This document shows, piece by piece, positions 1 through 12,900 of a stretch of 64,000 nt of DNA (positions within the stretch are counted from its first letter, which is position 1; each line of letters opens with the position of its first letter). The translations under genes and the position numbers were made by a program. This DNA comes from Ophelia neglecta (taxonomy: Eukaryota), in NCBI GenBank assembly GCA_965285935.1, contig OZ260662.1, forward strand, positions 88,164,001 to 88,228,000. The letters run 5' to 3'. Below the pieces are notes generated by a model that saw only the letters and a program-made list of their open reading frames with translations, did no database searches and was not told the origin of the DNA.

Positions 1-989
1 CCACGCTTGTCTGAAGGTGAAGATTACAACCACACCTGTACCGACAAGTTCAGCGTCTTCTACCACTGCAACGCCTGGATCAACTGCTGCAACCACCACC
101 AGTACAACCACACCAGTCACGGAAAGTACAACAGCAACAACAGAGAGTACCACTACCTCTCCGACGACAACCACTACGACAGCTACAAGGACCACCACTA
201 GCACCCAGGGAACAACGACGCTGACAGAGAGAATAACAACTACTCGTACGGAGGTCACTACCACTACCAATGTGGCCACAACCACCACAGTTGCTGTCAC
301 TTCCACCACGCCAGGTGAGAAGTGTCCAGAGGACATGGAAAACCCTACCCTCATCACTCCTGAAATGATCACCATACAGCCAGAGCAATACTCACCTCAA
401 AAGGAGAAGCTAAGAGTAAAACCTGAGCCTAGTGAGCCTTTTACCGCCCCAGTGGCTGAGAAGCCATCCATCATTATCAACTTCCCCGAACCCGACAGCA
501 GCAAACCAAGTGGCACGCTTGTAGAGAAACTCGTATTCCCCAAGCCTAGCAATGTGAAGACAGTTAAAATTTACAGACGCCGGCCTTCCACGCCTACCGA
601 TAACAAACCATCAGATGAGCAATGGGAGCCAGTAGGAGATACGCCTACTTATGATGCTACCAAACCCATTGTCTTTAAGCGTCCAATCAAGGTGATTAAG
701 TTGAAGATTGTGCCTGATGAGCCAACGGACAAGAGTGGAGAGTTCAAGATCAAGCTGCAGGTACATGCCTGTATTAAGGTTAAGATGACCACGACCACTA
801 CATCTACAACTGTGAGACCCACCACTTCACAGGCAGCTACAACAGCCGAAACTTCTCCGACAGAAATGTCATCTACATCAAGAGCTACCACTGCCCGAAC
901 AACCCCTGGAGGCATAACCACTACAGCTGGTACCACGGCAGAACAGACTCAGCCGACCACTACGGTAGCGGCATCAACAACCACACAGG
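1..989 (+). CDS. Mucin exon (array 1, partial): PTS + one F5/8C-like module
   Basis: Open frame with CPEDMENP...LQVHAC module; phase-1 donor at 990. Confidence 0.88.
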
Positions 990-3900
990 GTAATGGCAGC
1001 AATCTCTTTTTTAGTTTCAGCTACAATGTTTTTCTGTGAAATCGATTTAACACAATATGGTATTTCTATGTCATAATTATCAGGATACGCGTCTCAGTTT
1101 AAAATGTTCTGTACCTAACACTCGTCATTTTATCTTACTTTTTACATGACAATTGAATCAGACCGTATTTGAATGACGCTTTCCATATAAAAGACCAATA
1201 TAGCCATGTTTGAAGTTTAATTTCCATGCCTCCTGCATTTTGTTCATGTAAAGTTTTAATGATTTAATTCTTAGTATAAATGCGTTTATATTCTCTTCTG
1301 ATTGTCTCTGAATACAGCTACAACTACAACCACTCCACCAGTTACTACTACTACTGCTGCTGGTTCTACCACATACACATCAGTGATCTCAAGCACGGTT
1401 CAGCCAACCGTGGAGCCATCCACAACAAGCAAAACCACCACCACCACGGAGGGCACCACTACTGTGTCTGGAGTCAACACTTTGACACCAACTACAAGGA
1501 CCTTCCCGACTACAACTGCCACAACTCCTGTGGCTACTACCACGGTTGTTATAACCTCAACTACACCGGGAGAGAAATGTCCAGAGAACATGGACAATCC
1601 TACATTTATCACTCCCAATATGATCACTATCAGGCCTCCACAATTCGACCAAGATAAGCCTAAATTGAGGCCATCGTCCGAGCAACCACTACGCATTCCG
1701 AAGACAGAGAAGCCATCCATCGAAATAGACTTTACCGAGCCCAATCCACAACAGCCAGTCGAAACACCCGTGGATAAGATCGTCTTCCCAACACCTAGCA
1801 ATGTGAAGAGAGTTAAGATTTTTAAGAAAAAACCAACTAGCGGCACCCCGACTGATGAAGAATGGGAAGAGGTGAAGCCAAAGAATGGTGAGCCAACATT
1901 TGATGGCACACATCCAATCGTCTTTGACCCACCAATTGACGTCACTGTACTGAGGATCGTTCCAGAAGAGCCAAATGACAACGACGAGGATTTCATCATC
2001 AAACTGAAGATCCACGCTTGTCTGAAGGTGAAGATTACAACCACACCTGTACCGACAAGTTCAGCGTCTTCTACCACTGCAACGCCTGGATCAACTGCTG
2101 CAACCACCACCAGTACAACCACACCAGTCACGGAAAGTACAACAGCAACAACAGAGAGTACCACTACCTCTCCGACGACAACCACTACGACAGCTACAAG
2201 GACCACCACCAGCACACAGGGAACAACGACGCTGACAGAGAGAATAACAACTACTCCTACGGAGGTCACTACCACTACCAATGTGGCCACAACCACCACA
2301 GTTGCTGTCACTTCCACCACGCCAGGTGAGAAGTGTCCAGAGGACATGGAAAACCCTACCCTCATCACTCCTGAAATGATCACCATACAGCCAGAGCAAT
2401 ACTCACCTCAAAAGGAGAAGCTAAGAGTAAAACCTGAGCCTAGTGAGCCTTTTACTGCCCCAGTGGCTGAGAAGCCATCCATCATTATCAACTTCCCCGA
2501 ACCCGACAGCAGCAAACCAAGTGGCACGCTTGTAGAGAAACTCGTATTCCCCAAGCCTAGCAATGTGAAGACAGTTAAAATTTACAGACGCCGGCCTTCC
2601 ACGCCTACCGATAACAAACCATCAGATGAGCAATGGGAGCCAGTAGGAGATACGCCTACTTATGATGCTACCAAACCCATTGTCTTTAAGCGTCCAATCA
2701 AGGTGATTAAGTTGAAGATTGTGCCTGATGAGCCAACGGACAAGAGTGGAGAGTTCAAGATCAAGCTGCAGGTACATGCCTGTATTAAGGTTAAGCTGAC
2801 CACGACCACTACATCTACAACGGTGAGACCCACCACTTCACAGGCAACTACAACAGCCGAAACTTCTCCGACAGAAATGTCATCTACATCAAGAGCTACC
2901 ACTGCCCGAACAACCCCTGGAGGCATCACCACTACAGCTGGTACCACGGCAGAACAGACTCAGCCGACCACTACAGTAGCGGCATCAACAACCACACAGG
3001 GTAATGGCAGCGATCTCTTTTTTAGTTTCAGCTACAACGTTTTTCTGTGAAATCGATTTAACACAGTCCGGTGTTTCTATGTCATAATTATCAGGATACG
3101 CGTCTCAGTTTAAAATGTTCTGTACCTAACACTCGTCATTTATCTTACTTTTTACATAACAATTGAATCGGATCATATTTGAATGACGCTTTCCATATAA
3201 AAGACCAATATAGCCATGTTTGAAGTATAATTTCCATGCTTCCTGCATTTTGTTCATGTAAATTTTATTTGATATTCTTCTTGGTATGAATGCGTTTATA
3301 TTCTCTTCTGATTGTCTCTGAATACAGCTACAACTACAACCACTCCACCAGTTACTACTACTACTGCTGCTGGTTCTACCACATACACATCAGTGATCTC
3401 AAGCACGGTTCAGCCAACCGTGGAGCCATCCACAACAAGCAAAACCACCACCACCACGGAGGGCACCACTACTGTGTCTGGAGTCAACACTTTGACACCA
3501 ACTACAAGGACCTTCCCGACTACAACTGCCACAACTCCTGTGGCTACTACCACGGTTGTTATTACCTCAACTACACCGGGAGAGAAATGTCCAGAGAACA
3601 TGGACAATCCTACATTTATCACTCCCAATATGATCACTATCAGGCCTCCACAATTCGACCAAGATAAGCCTAAATTGAGGCCATCGTCCGAGCAACCACT
3701 ACGCATTCCGAAGACAGAGAAGCCATCCATCGAGATAGACTTTACCGAGCCCAATCCACAACAGCCAGTCGAAACACCCGTGGATAAGATCGTCTTCCCA
3801 ACACCTAGCAATGTGAAGAGAGTTAAGATTTTTAAGAAAATACCAACTAGCGGCACCCCGACTGATGAAGAATGGGAAGAGGTGAAGCCAAAGAATGGTG

Positions 3901-6900
3901 AGCCAACATTTGATGGCACAAAGCCACTCATCTTTGACCCACCAATTGACGTCACTGTACTGAGGATCGTTCCAGAAGAGCCAACCGACAACGACGAGGA
4001 TTTCATTATCAAACTGAAGATCCACGCTTGTCTGAAGGTGAAGATTACAACCACACCTGTAACAACAAGTTCAGCGTCTTCTACTGAGGCAACGCCTGGA
4101 TCAGCTGCTGCAACCACCACCAGTACAACCACACCAGTCACGGAAAGTTCAACAGGAACCACAGAGAGTACCACTACCTCTCCGACGACAACCACTACGA
4201 CAGCTACAAAGACCACCACTAGCACCCAGGGAACAACGACGCTGACAGAGAGAATAACAACTACTCCTATGGAGGTCACTACCACTACCAATGTCGCCAC
4301 AACCACCACAGTTGCTGTCACTTCCACCACGCCAGGTGAGAAGTGTCCAGAGGACATGGAAAACCCTACCCTCATCACTCCTGAAATGATCACCATACAG
4401 CCAGAGCAATACTCACCTCAAAAGGAGAAGCTAAGAGTAAAACCTGAGCCTAGTGAGCCTTTTACTGCCCCAGTGGCTGAGAAGCCATCCATCATTATCA
4501 ACTTCCCCGAACCCGACAGCAGCAAACCAAGTGGCACGCTTGTAGAGAAACTCGTATTCCCCAAGCCTAGCAATGTGAAGACAGTTAAAATTTACAGACG
4601 CCGGCCTTCCACGCCTACCGATAACAAACCATCAGATGAGCAATGGGAGCCAGTAGGAGATACGCCTACTTATGATGCTACCAAACCCATTGCCTTTAAG
4701 CGTCCAATCAAGGTGATTAAGTTGAAGATTGTGCCTGATGAGCCAACGGACAAGAGTGGAGAGTTCAAGATCAAGCTGCAGGTACATGCCTGTATTAAGG
4801 TTAAGCTGACCACGACCACTACATCTACAACTGTGAGACCCACCACTTCACAGGCAACTACAACAGCCGAAACTTCTCCGACAGAAATGTCATCTACATC
4901 AAGAGCTACCTCTGCCCGAACAACCCCTGGAGGCATCACCAGTACAGCTGGTACCACGGCAGAACAGACTCAGCCGACCACAACAACACCAGTTGTAGCG
5001 GCAACTACAACCACACAGGGTAATGGCAGCGAATAACTGTTTATTTATTGCTAGCTATGCTTTTATTGCTGCAAAGCGTTTCCTTGATCCGAATTATTAG
5101 ATATTTTAACTGTTATTATCAGCAATAAAAATGGATAGTTTCTGCCATAAATTACGATAATCGTTCTCTGATGTTCAACTTTATTATTGCATTGTATTTT
5201 TCATTGATTTCGTTTGTTACAGCCATTTGCATTCCTATGAAGTCACATTTCTGTACCTAGTAGCAAGCTTGATTTAAAGAAATGAAGTTATTGACATTCT
5301 TTCAATATATGTGTTATTTGCAGAATCAACAACTAAAGCCAAGACACAAAAGACTACACCCGTCATCATAACAACAGAGGTTACAAAAACAGTTTCCCCA
5401 TCCCTGACTACAACTATCACTAAAACAACAACTGAGATCATAACAACTGTTGGTACTACAACTTCCTCTGGTGTTAACACTTCAACTCCGTTTGGAACTA
5501 CAACGCAAACCAGTGGAACTACGCCTAAAGTTTCATCAACAACGGCACCACTTGTACTTACTTCGTCCATACCTCCTACTACCTCAAATGCTCCAACTAC
5601 TACCACACGAAAGAGGTATGATGACGAAAAGAAAACTACCACGACTACCCACGCCTCTTCCGCAACTACAACTGTTGAGGTTGGAACAACCACCCAAGGT
5701 GCAACCACAACAGTCAGTGAGAAACCAACTGGACATCCATCCCCATCCGCCACCATATCTGGTTCTACAAGCACTTTAACCACAGCTGGTTCCTCAACTA
5801 TCGGACGTGAAACCACTGCAGTAGCATCAACCACTACTTCAGGTCCTGGTACCACTACTGCACAAACTACAATTGGCGCAGGCACAACAACAACTGAGGA
5901 GGAACTAGCTACAACTACCGGAACCTCAGCAACACCAACAACAACGCATGCTCCAACAGCTGGTAGAACAACGGTTACTGAATCCACTGCACCAGGTAGG
6001 TTTGCAACATAACGTACACAATGCCACTTTTGCCATATTTTTTCAGTGGATGAAGAGTGACAAATACGAGTCTCTCGATTTTTTACATATCTTACCTTTA
6101 ATTCAAGTTAAATGTGTCATTTAAAACTTTGTCAGTAAAATTATTTCGTTACCTTGTTTTTGCCTATTGAGATGGATATTGAACCTGTTGGTTGGCCAAT
6201 GGGATAGATAAGAACACTTACAATGTAAATAACAGGACTGAACTTTTGGAAGATAATAAGATTTTGTATATATATGTAGAATGCCCATAGACACTGGCAT
6301 CATTTTCCTAGAAAAAGTTTAGGAGAGTAATGTAGTTCACTGTCAACGGGGTATAAAGCAGTTTCTTCTTCACATTGGGAGGGCCATTTCCATCCAAAAA
6401 TCACCGGCTTCTCGCATTGAGAATACGACATAGTCTTCTGTAGGCTATTCTAGGCAATATTATTTTCGTCATATGTTGGCCTCTAACCTTCTGCTTGTGC
6501 GATTGACTCGTGTCATGAGAAACAGTAGAATACTTCTCATTGGAAGTGATAACTTTATTTTTATTTATTCCATTCATAATACTTGGTACACGTATTTATA
6601 ATTTTGGAACTGGAGATCGATGTAATCAGGGATGGCGGTCGACGGTTGTTGGTGGACGAATAACTCTATAATATTTTGAATTAGTAATATTGATTTTTCA
6701 GTCGGTTGATTGGATGAGACAAGTGTATGTACCGAAATGCGCTGCTGGTTATGTGTAACCTCCCATACTTTTTCAATTGGTCATCCATTTGGATTCGTAC
6801 CGGCATTAAGTATGCCACTTCCATGCACTTACTCCAACGACAAGCTTATGTCTGGCCGTGTATGACCGATGCATTGAATAGAGAAATGACCCTCTGACAC

Positions 6901-9900
6901 AATTATATTAAAATGTGATTCGGACACACACACAAAAATATTTGTTCATAACGTGTTAAAGCCAAAGTGGTATGCTTTGGTTTCAACTGACAACAGCACT
7001 TTTCTTTTGGCGCCGCAGTTTCATTTTTCAGAAGAAAAAAACCATGAGTAGATACCGCACAGGCAGAATAAATTCGATTCATAAACGGAATGGTATAATC
7101 AGTTTTGTTGGCTGTCCTCAGTAATTTTCTAACATGAAAAGACAATGCTTTTTATGTTTTATAAACGTTCCCATCTGGCACAAAAGTTAACCTTTCAACA
7201 CTTTTAAGAAATAACCATTTTCCTCAGGCTATTGTGATGAAAGGCCGGTGCCTATGGTAAGCACATCCATACTGATATTGGCGACAGGCTCTACACCAAA
7301 AGAAAACATTTACGCTGCAAGCAAGGAATGGACATCTAAGACCAAGAAGGAAAATCATGAACCCAATATTGCTGTGGGAATCAAAGATAGGTCGGTTTTA
7401 TATGTATGGTAAAGTCCTAAACAGTCATTTGTTTTGTTAACGTTAACATTGTCATTTGTCTCGATTTACTGTCTCTTTTTTAGGGGGGTTAAAGAAGTCA
7501 CCTTAGTTGAAATGGAAGTGGAGGGTCAATTAAAAGAAGTTCAGATCCTTACCGATACAGGATACACCAAGGTATTCTTTTAATGACTTGAATAGCATTT
7601 TTAGTATTTACTTATCCAAGAGTGCCTTCAGTAACATATTCCTCATTGACACAATCTGATGTGAAATATTTGTTTGTAATTAGAGTTAAAACACCTGGAA
7701 AAAAGGCATTATACATTCTTACTAAATGTTTTGTCAACACAGAGGGTGTCTGTTTCTAATGCGGATGCCTGGACTTTTGTGAAAATCCCTGTGATTATAG
7801 CCTCAAAGCCTGCCACATTCTTCATAAGGCCAGTGTTTTCTGATGATGCCCTTGATGATTCTTCAGTTGGTGTGAAAAATCTTAAAATCCATGCCTGCTA
7901 TGAAACAAGTGAGCCTTTTTTTTATTGTATTTATTCTAGGAAAGACTTAGATTAATTGAATTGAAGGAATATCCAAAACTCAAATACATTCACTAAACGT
8001 AATTTCAATTTCGCATACCTCTGTTTGCAAAATTTTGTAGCCACCACCACTTCAAATCCAACAAAACCAACTACGCTTACAGGTGAGTCATTGAAATAAA
8101 CATAATCGGTGAATCTATTTTGTGAGAAAAGCGACATTGGAATCAGATAACACGCAGAAAAACACGTTGATGAATAATATAACGGGTACACGGATTACTA
8201 CGCTATCAACGTACAGACCGATTGAACTCACATTTCTCTGTGAACACATTCTACAATCTATTTTCCGTGTGGTTTCACATGGGTCATTGATGTGGAATTG
8301 ATATTCTCTTTTGTTTAGAAAAAAATAGGTTGACAATCTAAAAATTATATATCTCATTATTAAAGCAGTAAATTATAAAAACATATAATGCTGTAATCAT
8401 TTTTTTGTGACAATGTATAGTTGTAACACAAAACACGGACACTTGTGCAAAATTGCAACTTATTTTTTTGTTTAATGTTAAGGCTCAACAACATCCACAC
8501 CGCCTACATCAGTAACCCAGGAACCAACAACAAATACTGAAAGAAACACACCGTCTACAGTAACCACAACTATGAAATCTACTACTACAAGCGGTGTCAC
8601 AAGTCCTATAACTTTCTCATCAACAACAGCTGCTCCTCCGTCTTCTCCCGTACCAACTACCACCACAACGACCAAAGAAGCAACAACCAGTTCCAGTTAT
8701 ATAACAACGACAGGCACACCTGCTGTCACCACAACTACCGTCCTGGCAACAACGGTGACCGTAGCATCAACTACACCTGGCGAAAAATGCCCAGAGGACA
8801 TGGACAACCCTACTTTCATCACTCCCGATATGATAACTGTCAGGCCTCCACAATTCGACAAAGATAAGCCCAAACTTAGACCATCTACAGCGGAACCGCT
8901 TCGGATTCCAAAGACGGAGAAGCCGTCCATCGAGATAGACTTTACCGAGCCCAATCCACAACAACCAGTCGAAACACCGGTGGAAAAGATTATCTTGCCC
9001 ACACCTAGCAATGTGAAGACAGTTAAGATTTTCAAGAAGACAGTAAAACCAACTAGCGGCACCCCGACTGATGAAGAATGGGAAGAAGTGAAGCCAAAGA
9101 ATGGTGAGCCAACATTTGATGGCACAAAACCAATCGTCTTTGATCCACCAATTGACGTTACTGTACTGCGGATCGTTCCAGAAGAGCCAACTGACAACGA
9201 CGAGGATTTCATTATCAAACTGAAGATCCACGCTTGTCTGAAACTGAAGATAACTACCACCACGGTGCTCACTGAACCTACAACAAACACAGAAGGCACA
9301 ACAACACCTTCTATCACGGAACCAGAAACAACTACTACAGGTGCCACCACCACAACTACAACAATGGCCGAAACCACAACCACATCTGCAATTCCTGTGA
9401 CAACGACATCCAGCACTATGGGAACCACAACCATGGTTGAAGTTGCAAGCCCGTCTGGAACAACAACAGCCGCTGTAGGTACAACAACAGAGGAAATGAC
9501 AACCACAACGGTCTCTGGTGTAAACACCCTGACACCAACCATTAGAACCTTCCCAACCACTACAACCGAGGCAACCGTTACCACTACTGTGGGCACTACC
9601 TCCACAGAAGCTGGCACTACTACGTCTGCGGGCGAAGCTACAACCACAGAGAGTACAACACCTGAAACTACAACTGGCAGCATGACTACAACGTCCCTAG
9701 CATCAACAAGTACAGTGGGAAGTACCACACTGCCTAGCACAACTACCACAGTTACCATCACATCAACCATGCCTGGTGAAAAATGCCCCGAAGACATGGA
9801 CAATCCAGTTCTTATCAATCCTAACATGATTACCATCAATCCAAGTAAATACAATGACCAACCAAGTAAAGATAAATTGAGACCATCCTCCGTTAAGCCA

Positions 9901-12900
9901 CTCAGTATCCCCATATCTGAGAAACCCACAATTGAGATTGACTTCTCCAAACCTAGCCCAACAAAGGCATCCAAGACTCCTGTAGAGAAGCTTGTTTTCC
10001 CCAAGCCTAGCAATGTGAAGACAGTGCGGATTTACAAAGAAACGCCTTCTACGCCTGCTGCTGGCAAGCCGTCTAGCGTGCAATGGGAGCCAGTAGGAAC
10101 AGTGCCTACATACGATGCCTCCAAACCAATCATCTTCAGCCCTCCAATCAAGGTGACTAAATTGAAGATTGTACCTGAGGAGCCAACTGACAAGAGTGAA
10201 GATTTCATCATGAAACTCAAAGTTCACGCTTGCATCACCGTCACAGTTACTACAACAACACTGCCAACTACTTCAACAACCGAAACAGCTACAAGTACCA
10301 CTGGTAATTATGTGTTTATCACTTATCATTAAATATTTTACATAAGTGTACTAAGTACGGTTTTCAGTTCTTGCAACAGCATAGAAAGCCTTTATTCAAG
10401 ACATGTATTTTTACAATTTTAATTTCAGCACAAACGACGGTGCCATCGACAACAACCATTTCAGGAACTACAACTTCCGGGACTCTTCCTCCCGAGTTCT
10501 CTTCCACCACCCAGGGTACAACCACAACTCAAGGAGCATCATCAACAACCGAAATAGACACTGGTAGTCCAACTCCAATAAGAACCACGGAAGTCATGAC
10601 TACCACTCAGACACCAACTACAGCTGCTCCTCCCTCTTCTCCCGTACCAACTACCACCACTGGTACAGAAACAACGACCAAAGAAGCAACAACCAGTTCC
10701 AGTTATTTAACAACTACAGGCACACCTGCTGTCACCACAACTACCGTCCTGGCAACAACGGTGACCGTAGCATCAACTACACCTGGCGAAAAATGCCCAG
10801 AGGACATGGACAACCCTACTTTCATCACTCCCGATATGATAACTGTCAGGCCTCCACAATTCGACAAAGATAAGCCCAAACTTAGACCATCTACAGCGGA
10901 ACCGCTTCGGATTCCAAAGACGGAGAAACCATCCATCGAGATAGACTTTACCGAGCCCAATCCACAACAACCAGTCGAAACACCGGTGGAAAAGATTATC
11001 TTGCCCACACCTAGCAATGTGAAGACAGTTAAGATTTTCAAGAAGACAGTAAAACCAACTAGCGGCACCCCGACTGATGAAGAATGGGAAGAAGTGAAGC
11101 CAAAGAATGGTGAGCCAACATTTGATGGCACAAAACCAATCGTCTTTGATCCACCAATTGACGTTACTGTACTGAGGATCGTTCCAGAAGAGCCAACTGA
11201 CAACGACGAGGATTTCATTATCAAACTGAAGATCCACGCTTGTCTGAAACTGAAGATAACTACCACCACGGTGCTCACTGAACCTACAACAAGCACAGAA
11301 GGCACAACAACACCTTCTATCACGGAACCAGAAACAACTACTACAGGTGCCACCACCACAACTACAACAATGGCCGAAACCACAACCACATCTGCAATTC
11401 CTGTGACAACGACATCCAGCACTATGGGAACCACAACCATGGTTGAAGTTACAAGCCCGTCTGGAACAACAACAGCCGCTGTAGGTACAACAACAGAGGA
11501 AATGACAACCACAACGGTCTCTGGTGTAAACACCCTGACACCAACCATTAGAACCTTCCCAACCACTACAACCGAGGCAACCGTTACCACTACTGTGGGC
11601 ACTACCTCCACAGAAGCTGGCACTACTACGTCTGCGGGCGAAGGTACAACCACAGAGAGTACAACACCTGAAACTACAACTGGCAGCATGACTACAACGT
11701 CCCTAGCATCAACAAGTACAGTGGGAAGTACCACACTGCCTAGCACAACTACCACAGTTACCATCACATCAACCATGCCTGGTGAAAAATGCCCCGAAGA
11801 CATGGACAATCCAGTTCTTATCAATCCTAACATGATTACCATCAATCCAAGTAAATACAATGACCAACCAAGTAAAGATAAATTGAGACCATCCTCCGTT
11901 AAGCCACTCAGTATCCCCATATCTGAGAAACCCACAATTGAGATTGACTTCTCCAAACCTAGCCCAACAAAGGCATCCAAGACTCCTGTAGAGAAGCTTG
12001 TTTTCCCCAAGCCTAGCAATGTGAAGACAGTGCGGATTTACAAAGAAACGCCTTCTACGCCTGCTGCTGGCAAGCCGTCTAGCGTGCAATGGGAGCCAGT
12101 AGGAACAGTGCCTACATACGATGCCTCCAAACCAATCATCTTCAGCCCTCCAATCAAGGTGACTAAATTGAAGATTGTACCTGAGGAGCCAACTGACAAG
12201 AGTGAAGATTTCATCATGAAACTCAAAGTTCACGCTTGCATCACCGTCACAGTTACTACAACAACACTGCCAACTACTTCAACAACCGAAACAGCTACAA
12301 GTACCACTGGTAATTATGTGTTTATCACTTATCATTAAATATTTTACATAAGTGTACTAAGTACGGTTTTCAGTTCTTGCAACAGCATAGAAAGCCTTTA
12401 TTCAAGACATGTATTTTTACTATTTTAATTTCAGCACAAACGACGGTGCCATCGACAACAACCATTTCAGGAACTACAACTTCCGGGACTCTTCCTCCCG
12501 AGTTCTCTTCCACCACCCAGGGTACAACCACAACTCAAGGAGCATCATCAACAACCGAAATAGACACTGGTAGTCCAACTCCAATAAGAACCACGGAAGT
12601 CATGACTACCACTCAGACACCAACTACAGCTGCTCCTCCCTCTTCTCCCGTACCAACTACCACCACTGGTACAGAAACAACGACCAAAGAAGCAACAACC
12701 AGTTCCAGTTATTTAACAACTACAGGCACACCTGCTGTCACCACAACTACCGTCCTGGCAACAACGGTGACCGTAGCATCAACTACACCTGGCGAAAAAT
12801 GCCCAGAGGACATGGACAACCCTACTTTCATCACTCCCGATATGATAACTGTCAGGCCTCCACAATTCGACAAAGATAAGCCCAAACTTAGACCATCTAC

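Larger units (their letters stand above)
1..5030 (+). repeat. Tandem exon+intron array 1, period 2010-2011 bp, about 2.5 copies visible (continues upstream)
   Basis: Near-identical units: donors CAGG|GTAATG at 990, 3001, 5020; acceptors AATACAG| at 1317, 3327; the 327-328-nt introns are also nearly identical. Confidence 0.95.
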
